Shown one piece after another: positions 40,060 through 49,793 of a DNA stretch of 64,000 nucleotides. Numbering within the stretch: position 1 is the first letter of the stretch; each line of letters begins with the position of its first letter. This DNA comes from an uncultured Desulfosarcina sp. (lineage in GTDB: Bacteria > Desulfobacterota > Desulfobacteria > Desulfobacterales > Desulfosarcinaceae). The stretch is taken from contig CAXXWQ010000004.1 in assembly GCA_963674945.2 (NCBI GenBank), forward strand, positions 1,472,001 through 1,536,000, given 5' to 3'. Below the pieces are notes generated by a model. The model had not been told where the DNA came from. It worked only from the letters and a program-made list of their open reading frames with translations, and did not search any database. A program made the translations under genes and the position numbers.

Positions 40060-41422
40060 CGACAGCTTGGCGCCTTCCGTCCTCGTCGTTGACGACGATC
40101 ACAATGTCCTGGAGGTGCTGGATGCCCGATTATCCAACTGCGGCCTTCGCGTATACCAGGCAGATGGCGGACACAAAGCCCTTACCATCCTCAATAACCA
40201 TGAAATCGACCTCGTCGTTTCCGATGTAAAAATGCCCGATCTCGATGGCATGGCACTCTTATCCGAAATCATTCAGAACCAGCCGGGACTTCCGGTTATC
40301 CTCCTAACCGCATATGCCAACGTTCCCGATGCCGTCAAGGCCGTTAAATCCGGAGCCGTGGATTACGTGGAAAAGCCTTTCGACGGAAAAGCGCTGAGCG
40401 AAAAAATCCAATTCATGCTCAAAGAGTTGCAGGATCCGGTCCCGAATCAGCAGATGGCGGAACCCTTCAAATTGGATGCCCAATTCGTCAGCCCTGCCAT
40501 GAAGAATCTGGAGAGGCTGGTTCAAAAAGTCGCCAAGAGCAGTGTAAATGTCTTGATTCTTGGAGAAAGCGGCGTGGGAAAGGAGCGAATCGCCAAACAG
40601 CTCCACCAGATCGGCCCTCGCCACAAAAAACCCTTCGTTGTGGTCGACTGTGGTGCGACACCGGCAGGTTTGCTGGAAAGCGAACTATTCGGCCACGTCA
40701 AGGGCTCTTTTACCCATGCCATCAGTGACAAGACCGGACTCATCGAAACGGCGGACACCGGAACGCTCTTCCTCGACGAAATCGGTAACATCTCCCATGA
40801 AATGCAGATCCGACTTCTCCGGTTCATCGAAGACCGAACCATCAGAAAGATCGGGGGACTGAAAGGGAAGACGGTGGACTGCCGGATCATCGCCGCCACC
40901 AATGCGGATTTGGCGGAGGAAATCAAGGAGGGTCGATTCAGGGAAGATCTCTTTTTCCGCCTTCGTGTCGTAACGTTGACGATACCCCCACTTCGGGAAC
41001 GAACTGCCGATATCCCCCTTCTGGTTGAACATTTTTCCCGTCAGTTCAGCGCGCAACACGGCGTCGATGAAGTTCATATCCCCAGAGAAACCATGGATTG
41101 GCTCTGTCAATACCCCTGGCCCGGGAATGTCCGGGAATTGAAAAATGCCATAGAGGGCGGTATCGTGCTATGCAGAAAAAATGTGCTCCGACCCGAGGAT
41201 TTTCACCTGATGGGGATGGTACAGAATGTGAGTACAACCGTCTCCGACGATCAGTGTCTCTCTTTGGAGGAGAGTGAAAAGAACACCATCCTGCGGGCCC
41301 TGGAGCAGACCGGTGGAATTCAAAAAGAGGCGGCCGAAGTACTGGGCATCAGCCGGCGGGCCATCCATTACAAGATAAAAAAATATGGTATTGATGCGGG
41401 CAGCATCAAGGCCAGGCACTGA
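40034..41422 (+). CDS. Sigma54-dependent response regulator (REC-AAA+-HTH)
   Basis: VVDDD, SDVKMP, GESGVGKE, ESELFGHVKGSFTHA, WPGNVREL and an HTH. Confidence 0.95.
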   Translation: MNNLKIKNNDSLAPSVLVVDDDHNVLEVLDARLSNCGLRVYQADGGHKALTILNNHEIDLVVSDVKMPDLDGMALLSEIIQNQPGLPVILLTAYANVPDAVKAVKSGAVDYVEKPFDGKALSEKIQFMLKELQDPVPNQQMAEPFKLDAQFVSPAMKNLERLVQKVAKSSVNVLILGESGVGKERIAKQLHQIGPRHKKPFVVVDCGATPAGLLESELFGHVKGSFTHAISDKTGLIETADTGTLFLDEIGNISHEMQIRLLRFIEDRTIRKIGGLKGKTVDCRIIAATNADLAEEIKEGRFREDLFFRLRVVTLTIPPLRERTADIPLLVEHFSRQFSAQHGVDEVHIPRETMDWLCQYPWPGNVRELKNAIEGGIVLCRKNVLRPEDFHLMGMVQNVSTTVSDDQCLSLEESEKNTILRALEQTGGIQKEAAEVLGISRRAIHYKIKKYGIDAGSIKARH

Positions 41423-41680
41423 TCAATCCTTCCAAGCGACCATCTTCTTCGTTTTCATCCATGACGACAGCGGTGTGCGACCATTTTCTTCCCAAATTGA
41501 GCGATTAGCAGAATTATTTCAGAGAGTTGCTGAAATTCTGCGTGTAACCCGGTGGGTGGTAATTACAATACCGATAAATGCTAACAGCCAATTGCTGAAA
41601 GCGAACGGCGGCTCTTGGGATTAAAAATGTTGCAGATGGCAACACAGATAGCGAGCCGGAGACATTTGCAGATTAAATCA

Positions 41681-41706
41681 TGTAACCGAATCACCGATGC
41701 CTGTCT
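41681..41706 (+). promoter_or_regulatory. Candidate ECF-sigma promoter (autoregulatory)
   Basis: TGTAAC-N16-GTCT about 65 nt upstream of the small ORF/ECF operon. Confidence 0.45.
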
Positions 41707-41771
41707 CGTTAGCGGTACGTCGAAATATAAATGGACAACAATCGATGAAAGAAATATAAAGGGAACAAAAA

Positions 41772-41939
41772 ATGAAAGAAATTTTAATACTTTCGGCAGT
41801 TGTCTGCATCTGGGTCCTGCTCCAGGTCGTCGTTTTGCCGAAATTGGGTGTCTCCACATGAATGCGAGACGCTTGTCAGGTGACAAGCAAGAATGTCAAT
41901 GCCGAAGCCGCCAGAGAAAACCAGCGCCAGAGACAGTGA
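41772..41939 (+). CDS. 55-aa single-TM candidate selenoprotein (in-frame UGA at 41859-41861); absent from the ORF track
   Basis: RBS aaggga, then MKEILILSAVVCIWVLLQVVVLPKLGVST-U-MRDACQVTSKNVNAEAARENQRQRQ. A SECIS-like hairpin follows the UGA. Confidence 0.65.
41871..41888 (+). promoter_or_regulatory. Bacterial SECIS-like hairpin
   Basis: gcttgtc-AGGT-gacaagc: perfect 7-bp stem with a G-containing loop starting 16 nt after the UGA. Confidence 0.6.
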
Positions 41940-42510
41940 TTTTGACCTGATCCAGAGGATTACCAATGGTCGGCAGGACCTGTTCTACGAGTTGGTCAGA
42001 CGATACCAAAAGAGTCTGTACAACTTCGGCATAAAAATGTGTGACACCCCCAGTGATGCGGAAGACATGGTCCAAGACACCTTCTTGAACGTCTTTAAAT
42101 ACCTCGAGGGCTTTCGCTATGAAACAAAATTTAAAAACTGGCTGTATCGGGTCGCCACCACCGCCTGTCTGAAAAAGAAACGACGTTCCAAATTCGCTCC
42201 GGACAGAGAGCTTTCCTTAGACGACTTTCTCCCCTCCGCAGAATCGTCGATATCCATGGAACTTCCCCGTTGGGCCTCGCAACCATTGGAACAACTGCTC
42301 GATGAAGAGCTTGGCAAAGTCATCAAAACGGCACTGATGGACCTTCCGGAAAAATATCGACTCGTTATCGTATTGCGGGATATCGAAGGGTTTTCCACAC
42401 AGGAAGCGGCGGAAATCCTGGATCTTACCCCGACGAATGTCAAGGTGCGCCTGCACCGAGCGAGACTCTATCTCAGGGAAGCATTGAAGGACTATTATGA
42501 AAACGACTGA
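41893..42510 (+). CDS. ECF sigma factor
   Basis: DAEDMVQDTF, FKNWLYRVA, LPEKYRLVIVLRDIEGFS and VKVRLHRAR. Confidence 0.95.
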   Translation: MSMPKPPEKTSARDSDFDLIQRITNGRQDLFYELVRRYQKSLYNFGIKMCDTPSDAEDMVQDTFLNVFKYLEGFRYETKFKNWLYRVATTACLKKKRRSKFAPDRELSLDDFLPSAESSISMELPRWASQPLEQLLDEELGKVIKTALMDLPEKYRLVIVLRDIEGFSTQEAAEILDLTPTNVKVRLHRARLYLREALKDYYEND

Positions 42511-42769
42511 TCCGCATCCTGACCACGACCATTGCATGGAACTGTTTCAATATTTATCCGAATATATTGACAGGGAGCTGGACGCCACCACCCGCATGAA
42601 GATCGAGGCACACATCCAATCGTGCAAGCCCTGCCAGGTTTGTCTGCGAACATTGAAACAAACGGTAAATCTGTGCAATCATCTTGAGCGGCATCAAGTG
42701 CCGGCATCCTTTTCCCACAAGCTCAAGGCCGCCATCGATAAATTCGTGAAGCAACGACCACCCTTATAG
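42497..42769 (+). CDS. Soluble zf-HC2 (ZAS) anti-sigma factor
   Basis: LSEYIDREL...HIQSCKPC (HxxxCxxC); no TM segment; overlaps the sigma gene. Confidence 0.9.
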   Translation: MKTTDPHPDHDHCMELFQYLSEYIDRELDATTRMKIEAHIQSCKPCQVCLRTLKQTVNLCNHLERHQVPASFSHKLKAAIDKFVKQRPPL

Positions 42770-42940
42770 CGGATGGGTTGGATTTTGGGCTAATTGCCGA
42801 AAAAACAAGAACATGTTGGTGTTTCACCCGTTTCGGGTAAAACCGGTTGCATTGCATCCTGTGCCCGACAACCACCGGGGAATCCGTTCCGGCCACCCCA
42901 AGTGGTTGTGTTAGGATTTCATGCAGCACACTATATTCTG

Positions 42941-42970
42941 TTGACAAAAGCAGCAAAATGGAAATAGACT
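42941..42970 (+). promoter_or_regulatory. Putative sigma70 promoter
   Basis: TTGACA-N18-TAGACT about 310 nt upstream of the hybrid kinase. Confidence 0.5.
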
Positions 42971-43279
42971 GGTTCAGTCTGGCATTTGATCGTTCGAGTT
43001 GTGAATTCCCACTGAATTGGCGGCGGCTGTGAACATTGCCTTAGACCTGACATGCCTTACCAAGATGATTGATTCTCCATTGCGAAATGGCGGGCATCGG
43101 CTTATTCCTGCCGCTCCCCGACCGATAACCTGTCCAAGTTTCCCGACGACGCCATCGAAGCCCTCCCTTCACCCACGAAAAAGTAAAAAACAAGGCCGAT
43201 ATTTCCCCGGTCTTTTTTTATTCGTATCATTAGTGGATCGGTACTTTTTGCACCGAACTCAGCCATCCAGGAGCGCTTC

Positions 43280-45217
43280 ATGAAGATCCTTCCGCGCATT
43301 TTGATCTGCGACGATGAGCCATTGATGACGGACAGCATCAAGAAAATACTGGGAGAGGAAGACTATCAGATCCAGACCACCAACAACGCCAGCCGTGCCC
43401 TCACCTACATTCATGCCGAAGATCCGGACCTGGTCATTTTGGATGTGCTCATGCCGGAGATGACCGGTTTCGAAGTCCTCGACGCCATCGATCAAACCAG
43501 ATGTGATGCTGCCTTCATTATCATCACCGGCGACGCGTCCTTCGAGTCGGCCATCGCGGCCATTCGAAGAGGCGCCAGCGATTACCTGCGAAAGCCATTC
43601 GAACCCGAAGAACTGATCATCCGCGTCGAAAATGCATTGAAGCAGCGTCAAATCAAGCACGAACACATGTGCATCAAGGCGGAGAAACGACAGCTGGAAA
43701 AACAGCTGCGACAGTCGCAGAAGATGGAAGCCATCGGCACCCTGGCCGGTGGAATCGCCCACGACTTCAACAATATATTGAGCATCATACTGGGCAATAC
43801 GGAGCTGGCGCTGGCCGATATGCCAATGGAATCCCCCCCCCGTCAGAATCTGGAACAGATACTGGCCGCAAGTCTGCGGGCACGGGAGATGATTCAGCAA
43901 CTGCTCAACTTCAGCCGAAAGGATGAGTCCGGGTTAAAGCCCCTTCACCTAAATTGCGTCATCGCCGAGTCCCTCAAGCTCATGCGAGCATCCCTTCCGA
44001 CAAATATCGCCATCGAAAAGGACATATGTAAAAAAGAGTGCACGACCATGGCGGATACGACACAGATTCACCAGATCATGCTCAATCTGTGCACAAATGC
44101 CGCTCATGCCATGGAGACCGAAGGTGGTGTGCTGACCGTTCGATTGGAATCTGTCGTCCTGGATGAAACTGCGGTAGAAGGATTCGGCATCCCACCGGGC
44201 AACTATGCCAGACTCGTGGTCGCAGACACCGGACGCGGCATCGAAAAAGATGTCATCGATCGAATTTTCGATCCCTACTTCACAACGAAAAAAGACGGCA
44301 GGGGCACCGGGATGGGTCTGTCCGTGGTTCATGGTATCGTCAAGGGAAACGGTGGAACCATACAGGCCTTCAGCCGTCCCGGACGGTTCACGGAATTCCA
44401 CATCTACCTTCCTTTGGTGGACGCGGTCATCGAAACGGAAACCGCCACGGAAATTCCCCAGCATCTCCCGGGAGGGGATGAACACATTCTCATAGTCGAC
44501 GACGAAGAGATGCTCGTGGACATGATGCGACAGGTGCTCGAGCAGTTGGGGTACAAGGTCTCCGCCTATACGGACAGTACGGCCGCATTCAAGGCCTTTC
44601 TTTCCTGTCCGTTGGCCTACCACCTGATGATCACGGACATGACCATGCCCGGAATGACCGGCACGGGGCTGTCCAAAGCGGTAAAAGCCGTGCGAAACGA
44701 CATTCCCATTATCCTGTGCACCGGATTCAACGAACAGATCCGGGATTGCAATATTCAGGCTCTGGGAATACAGGATTTGATCATGAAGCCTGTTGGGATG
44801 CGGGAATTGGCGGAAACCATCCGAAGGGTCCTTACCATGAAGACCCCGGCGGAGAGACGCCGACATCCTCGCATGGAGGCACCGATCAATTTCTTTGTCA
44901 TCTCACGGGAAACTCCCTATGAGCGGTGCAACCTTCTGGATATCAGCCTTTCGGGACTCGCATTCAGCCATGAGATAGAAGAAGTGGATGCCCCATTGAA
45001 GGATCAATTGGCCATCATGGCCCCGGACGGCACAATCTTCGTCAGCGATATCCATTGCCGCACAATTTCCGACATTTCCAGTGAAGGGGAAAGCGACATT
45101 TCCAATAGACGGTCAATTCGGCGCGGTGTGATGTTTGAAAACATGAACGATCACCAGATCGAGCAGATCAATCAATTGATCAATGCTTACGGCGTTGAAT
45201 CGGCCAGGGCCAATTGA
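43280..45217 (+). CDS. Cytoplasmic hybrid kinase REC-HisKA-HATPase-REC-PilZ
   Basis: REC, AGGIAHDFNNIL, NLCTNA, GTGMGLS, second REC, then RRHPR and DISLSG. Confidence 0.92.
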   Translation: MKILPRILICDDEPLMTDSIKKILGEEDYQIQTTNNASRALTYIHAEDPDLVILDVLMPEMTGFEVLDAIDQTRCDAAFIIITGDASFESAIAAIRRGASDYLRKPFEPEELIIRVENALKQRQIKHEHMCIKAEKRQLEKQLRQSQKMEAIGTLAGGIAHDFNNILSIILGNTELALADMPMESPPRQNLEQILAASLRAREMIQQLLNFSRKDESGLKPLHLNCVIAESLKLMRASLPTNIAIEKDICKKECTTMADTTQIHQIMLNLCTNAAHAMETEGGVLTVRLESVVLDETAVEGFGIPPGNYARLVVADTGRGIEKDVIDRIFDPYFTTKKDGRGTGMGLSVVHGIVKGNGGTIQAFSRPGRFTEFHIYLPLVDAVIETETATEIPQHLPGGDEHILIVDDEEMLVDMMRQVLEQLGYKVSAYTDSTAAFKAFLSCPLAYHLMITDMTMPGMTGTGLSKAVKAVRNDIPIILCTGFNEQIRDCNIQALGIQDLIMKPVGMRELAETIRRVLTMKTPAERRRHPRMEAPINFFVISRETPYERCNLLDISLSGLAFSHEIEEVDAPLKDQLAIMAPDGTIFVSDIHCRTISDISSEGESDISNRRSIRRGVMFENMNDHQIEQINQLINAYGVESARAN

Positions 45218-45226
45218 TCCACCTGC

Positions 45227-45826
45227 CTATTTTCTTGTCTCTTCGAAATACTGCACTTGGTAAGTCTTTACGGTAAGCGAACCGGTCTGCCATTCATTGG
45301 CAGGCAATCCCGCCTTCATGCATAGGTTGGAAAGAAATGCGTTTGGTTGGGGGAGCTGTTTCCAAACCTGAGGCAGAAATGTAGCGCTGGCCGAACCTTT
45401 CTCGATGATCACCCCGTCCACCCCGGGTCGCAATTTTGCCATAAGCGCGTCGGCGTCCCCATAGGACATGGGAGTCGGTTCGGAAAGTACACTCACCTCA
45501 ATGTGGACGGCATCCAGTTCCTTTCTCTCCAGTGGAGGAAACCGGGGATCATGGAAGGCCGCATGCAAAGCGTTGTCTTTCACTCCGGTCAATATGGAGG
45601 TTGTCGCCGACAGATTACCGATGCATCCACGCAGGGCATGATCGATCTTGAGAGTCACGAAGATACCCCCCTTCTCCATGAACCTGTCGTCACGCAACCG
45701 CTTTTCGAGACCTTCATCATCGGATGAGTCGCCAAAATGAGCCGCCAAGGTCCGACGGGCCAACGCCACGAGAGCCATTCCCTGGGCATCGGTCAAAGGC
45801 TGCGGTCTTTTCTTTCCATCTTCCAT
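45227..45826 (-). CDS. amrA: AmmeMemoRadiSam system protein A (AMMECR1 family)
   Basis: FVTLK...LRGCIG, AAFHDPRFPPL, ATFLPQVW and LCMKAGL. Confidence 0.93.
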   Translation of the reverse strand: MEDGKKRPQPLTDAQGMALVALARRTLAAHFGDSSDDEGLEKRLRDDRFMEKGGIFVTLKIDHALRGCIGNLSATTSILTGVKDNALHAAFHDPRFPPLERKELDAVHIEVSVLSEPTPMSYGDADALMAKLRPGVDGVIIEKGSASATFLPQVWKQLPQPNAFLSNLCMKAGLPANEWQTGSLTVKTYQVQYFEETRK

Positions 45827-45904
45827 AGGTAAATCTCCATTGTAAAACTAAAGTATCGGGCCGACCCTGTCGATAAAAAGATAAACACCAGCGAGGAGCA
45901 CACG

Positions 45905-46081
45905 ATGGAAATCAGCAGCGTACCCGCAACAACCACGGCCATGGCCGTCGCCTCACAACAGCTTCAAGCCACCATGGAAGCACAGGTGGCCATGCTGCAA
46001 GAACTGGCCGAAATGCAGCAGCAGGTTGCCCAATTGCTTGCCGATGGCGGCATCGGCCAGAACATCAGCCTTACTGTCTAA
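45905..46081 (+). CDS. 58-aa YjfB-like small protein; absent from the ORF track
   Basis: RBS gaggag; MEISSV...QVAMLQELAEMQQQVAQLLADGGIGQNISLTV*. Confidence 0.65.
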   Translation: MEISSVPATTTAMAVASQQLQATMEAQVAMLQELAEMQQQVAQLLADGGIGQNISLTV

Positions 46082-46161
46082 ATTTCCTGCCGTTACCATC
46101 CAGAAACGGAACAATTTGGTCAAGATATCGGCCTAAGCGATAATGGCATGGCCATTTCTGG

Positions 46162-47109
46162 TTAGTCGAAGAGAGCACCGACACTCTCCCCGGTATGAAT
46201 CCGCCGTATCGCCTCGGCAAAAAGCGGTGCAACGGACAAAGATTGAATCTTCGCGGTTCGCTTCTTTTGCGGCAGATGGACCGTGTTGGTGACCACCACC
46301 GAATCGATTCTGCTCTCCATGAGCCTCTCCACGGCCGGTCCGCACAATACACCGTGGGTGGCTCCCACATGGATCCGGTTCACCCCTGCTGCGGCCAGCG
46401 TTTTTGCCGATGTGGCAATGGTCCCCCCCGTGGAGATTTCATCTTCGAAAATGATGGCGTCTTTTCCCTCGACATCGCCCACCACCAATCCCTGGACCAC
46501 CCGGGTATCGGCCACGCGCCGTTTGTCGATGACCGCAATGGGAAGACCGATCCGACTGGCGAACCGCCCCGCCCGTTTGGCACCACCGGCGTCCGTGGCG
46601 ACGACAACGGCGTTGGAAAGATCCAGCTCTTCGCGAAAATAATTTACGAAATTGGGAATGGCGGTGAGATGGTCCACCGGAATGCTGAAGAACCCGTGCA
46701 CCGCATCGGAATGAAGATCCATGGTAAGCACCCGATCGGCGCCGGCGGTACGAATCAGATCCGCCATGAGACGACCGGTAATGGAGATGCGCGGTGCATC
46801 CTTCTTATCCGAACGGGCATAGGAAAAATAGGGGATCACCGCCGTAATGCGTTTGGCCGATGCACTTCTCAGTGCATCGAGAATGATAAACAGCTCCAGA
46901 ATGTTATCCCCCACCGGAGCCGTAAACGGTTGAACGACGAACACATCCTTTTCCCGTACGTTCTCCTGGATCTGGACGAAAAGGTTATCATTGGAAAACC
47001 TGGATATGGCCAGGCGGCAAAGATCCATCTTCAATGAATCGCAAATGGACTGTGCGAGCTTCGGATTGGCGCTGCCGGAGAAAATCTTGAGATCGGTGGA
47101 CATATTCAT
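46162..47109 (-). CDS. prs: Ribose-phosphate pyrophosphokinase
   Basis: IFSGSANPKLA, PYFSYARSDKK, MDLHSD, DAGGAKRA and DEISTGGT. Confidence 0.95.
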   Translation of the reverse strand: MNMSTDLKIFSGSANPKLAQSICDSLKMDLCRLAISRFSNDNLFVQIQENVREKDVFVVQPFTAPVGDNILELFIILDALRSASAKRITAVIPYFSYARSDKKDAPRISITGRLMADLIRTAGADRVLTMDLHSDAVHGFFSIPVDHLTAIPNFVNYFREELDLSNAVVVATDAGGAKRAGRFASRIGLPIAVIDKRRVADTRVVQGLVVGDVEGKDAIIFEDEISTGGTIATSAKTLAAAGVNRIHVGATHGVLCGPAVERLMESRIDSVVVTNTVHLPQKKRTAKIQSLSVAPLFAEAIRRIHTGESVGALFD

Positions 47110-47179
47110 CTTCCTGATATGGATCGGTTGAATTTACCATGCACGATCTCTATCGCGGCAGAACAGATTTTTCAAGGGT

Positions 47180-47333
47180 GACGGCTTCGTAAAAAGTCCG
47201 TATCGGCGTTACGCTTCACCCCTCGTCACTGCGACGTATCCAACCATACGCCTCATTCCTTAAGGTCTCGCAAGCCTCGATCTCGAACTTTTTGCGAAGC
47301 CGTCCGAAACCTGACATTTTACGAGTTCATCAA
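47180..47333. repeat. MITE/REP-like palindromic element, copy 2 (inverted relative to 697-851)
   Basis: gacggcttcgtaaaaagt...actttttgcgaagccgtc TIRs. The interior cggcgttacgcttca.ccctcgtcactgcgacgtat matches the reverse complement of copy 1. Confidence 0.85.
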
Positions 47334-47349
47334 GGTCATTGCCTACGGA

Positions 47350-48864
47350 TTACTTGAGACGACGCTTCACCGGCCCTGCGCCCACCAGGTAAAGCAGGGC
47401 GAAATCTGTGGGCAGATCCAGCAGTGCAGCGGCCTCCCAATCATAGATGGCACCGATGCCGCAGCCCCCCCATCCCAGGGCCGTGGCGGTGAGGTAGGCA
47501 AGCTGTCCGAGACGTCCGGCTTCGATCATGGCATACCGATACCCCCGCGCACCCCAGGCCCGATCCAGAAAATCCAGGTCGGCTAAAAAGAGAAGGTGAA
47601 AGGCGGCGTGCTTCAGCCACATCTGATCCAGACATGCCGATGCCATGGGCACGACAAATCGCCCCTGGCGAATCCTTCCCAATCGTCGGTGCTGGTGATC
47701 GAGAAGATAAAAGCCGGCTGGCTGTGGCATGTGATCCCCCAGCAAAATCCCTGTGGCAAGGGCTTTTTGACACGTTGGGGGCATTGCCGACGCGGCCCCC
47801 ATGTGGTCGACCATGATCTGCAAAAATGAAGTGAAGCGATCTTTGGAAACGGCGGTGGGAATAAAATTCCGATGGGATCGACGACGCATCAGGACACGCA
47901 CATAGTCTGCCGCCTCCCATTGTTCCGGCCGGCCAAGATCCGTCCATGCTCCGACGTTGCCTTCCAGCGTCACCGACGGTGGGAAATCCCTTTTGGAATC
48001 ACCAAAGATCCGTGAACCGGAATGGTGTGCTTCCAAAACCACCGGGTATGCGATCTCGTGGCCCGATACCGTCGAGGCCTGGAGAAAATCCGGGCCAAGC
48101 GGCTTCGGATCCGTTGCGGGGGGGGGCGTTTCCCTATTATCTCGATCGGCGTGCAGATGAATTGCCGCCAGACATGCCTCCCGGTCGGGATCCAGACCCA
48201 AAAGAGTGGCGGCCTTCCTGTCGTCGAAATCCAGGTGAATAGAAAATGGAAAATCCAGCGCACCCATTGCCAAGCGAAGATTTTCCAGGAGATGACCCGC
48301 GTCCAACAACACATAGCGATAGGCCCGGTCGCGGTATTTCCAGGAACTTCGGAAAAAAATGCCGGTAATGTAGAAGGTGGCGCTCACACCACCTCCATGG
48401 GCCGGAAGCGTCGGTACCGTCTCATGGCGCAACCGGATCAAGGAAAAATTCAGCACGTCGTAATAATAGACGCCCGAATCGAGACCATCCACGTCATGGA
48501 CGGCAAGGTAAAGCTCGAATGGGTAAAGCGCCCCGGCGGAGGCGACACTTCGAAAATAGAAGGGCTGATTCCCGGACATGGCACGGGCCGTGACGTCGTA
48601 GGCCAGGCGAAAAATGCAAGATAGGTCCCCGATTGCAGGTGGATTCGCCCTTTGTGCACCGATACCGAAATTTCGCCGGGACAATTGGAAAAATTTTAAA
48701 TCGGGCAAAGTCGCCTTCGGATCCAGGGCGATACGGGGAAGATCCGGATATCGTTTGGTGAGTACGGGCTGATTTGCCCAATCCAACCCATGGCCTTTCA
48801 ATTCGTGGCGACGATATCCGGTGGACCAATGATAATTTGCCGCGGACAGCGTCTCAGTGTTCAT
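47350..48864 (-). CDS. Tandem SagB/ThcOx-like nitroreductase-family protein
   Basis: SAGALYPFE, WKYRDRAYRYVLLDAGH, RRRSHRNF and RGYRYAMIEAG..Q..YL. Confidence 0.85.
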   Translation of the reverse strand: MNTETLSAANYHWSTGYRRHELKGHGLDWANQPVLTKRYPDLPRIALDPKATLPDLKFFQLSRRNFGIGAQRANPPAIGDLSCIFRLAYDVTARAMSGNQPFYFRSVASAGALYPFELYLAVHDVDGLDSGVYYYDVLNFSLIRLRHETVPTLPAHGGGVSATFYITGIFFRSSWKYRDRAYRYVLLDAGHLLENLRLAMGALDFPFSIHLDFDDRKAATLLGLDPDREACLAAIHLHADRDNRETPPPATDPKPLGPDFLQASTVSGHEIAYPVVLEAHHSGSRIFGDSKRDFPPSVTLEGNVGAWTDLGRPEQWEAADYVRVLMRRRSHRNFIPTAVSKDRFTSFLQIMVDHMGAASAMPPTCQKALATGILLGDHMPQPAGFYLLDHQHRRLGRIRQGRFVVPMASACLDQMWLKHAAFHLLFLADLDFLDRAWGARGYRYAMIEAGRLGQLAYLTATALGWGGCGIGAIYDWEAAALLDLPTDFALLYLVGAGPVKRRLK

Positions 48865-49763
48865 GATGTCCCTACCAGGTCCGCCAGGGCCGTATGGGCT
48901 TCACCGAAATCAAAGGAGAAACTGTCGTCCACCAGCCGTTGAGGGTACACCCTCTGACTGGCAAACAGGATGCCGGCCATTTCACCCATCGCCAAACGAA
49001 GAGCCAGTTTCGGTGCCGGTACCACGGCCGGCCGGCTGAGGACCTCACCGAGGGCCCTGGCAAAGTCTTTCTGCCGGATCGCATGGGGGGAACAAAAATT
49101 GTAGGGACCGCTGGCCGTCTCGTTTTCCATGAGAAACCGTACCGCCCTGACGAGATCGGTCATGTGAATCCAGGGAAACCATTGCCGGCCACTACCGATG
49201 GGTCCGCCGGCAAACATGCGAAATGCCGGAAGCATCTGGGCCAGGGCACCACCGCCGGCCCCGAGCACCACGCCGAAACGCATGATGACAACACGAACGC
49301 CGCTCTTCTCCGCTTCGCGGGCGGACTTTTCCCAGTCGACGGCGAGCCGCGCGAGAAAATCGTCTCCGGGAGATGCAGTCTCGGTCAGGATTTCGTCTCC
49401 CCGGCTGCCATAGTACCCCACGGCCGATGTACTGAGCAGAATCTTGTCCGAACCGGTCATCGCATCGGCCACATTACGGGTGGTTTCCAGTCGGCTTTTT
49501 ACGATCTGCCGCTTGTAGGCAGCCGACCATCGTTTGAAAATCGAGCATCCGGCCAGATTGACGACGGCATCTGCGGCCGCTATGATTTTTTGCCAGTCCC
49601 CGCTTCGGGTGGTATCGGCCCGAATCCATCGAAACCGGTCATCCATAGCCAGAAAATGGTCCCTGGATGTGCCCAAGCCGGCCACCTCATGGCCGGCCGA
49701 GATGAGCACCTGGGAAAGTTTCGACCCCACGAATCCCGATGCACCCGTGACGACAATTTTCAT
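48861..49763 (-). CDS. TIGR01777/YfcH-family NAD-dependent epimerase
   Basis: TGASGFVG, VNLAG, SAVGYYG, GSGRQWFPWIH and ASQRVYP. Confidence 0.9.
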   Translation of the reverse strand: MKIVVTGASGFVGSKLSQVLISAGHEVAGLGTSRDHFLAMDDRFRWIRADTTRSGDWQKIIAAADAVVNLAGCSIFKRWSAAYKRQIVKSRLETTRNVADAMTGSDKILLSTSAVGYYGSRGDEILTETASPGDDFLARLAVDWEKSAREAEKSGVRVVIMRFGVVLGAGGGALAQMLPAFRMFAGGPIGSGRQWFPWIHMTDLVRAVRFLMENETASGPYNFCSPHAIRQKDFARALGEVLSRPAVVPAPKLALRLAMGEMAGILFASQRVYPQRLVDDSFSFDFGEAHTALADLVGTS

Positions 49764-49793
49764 GGTTGTCTCCTTGGAGTCACCCTGTTGCGA

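Noticed and set aside
41637..41652. Sigma54 promoter downstream of the response regulator
   Set aside because: GG-to-GC spacing is 11 nt, not the required 10.
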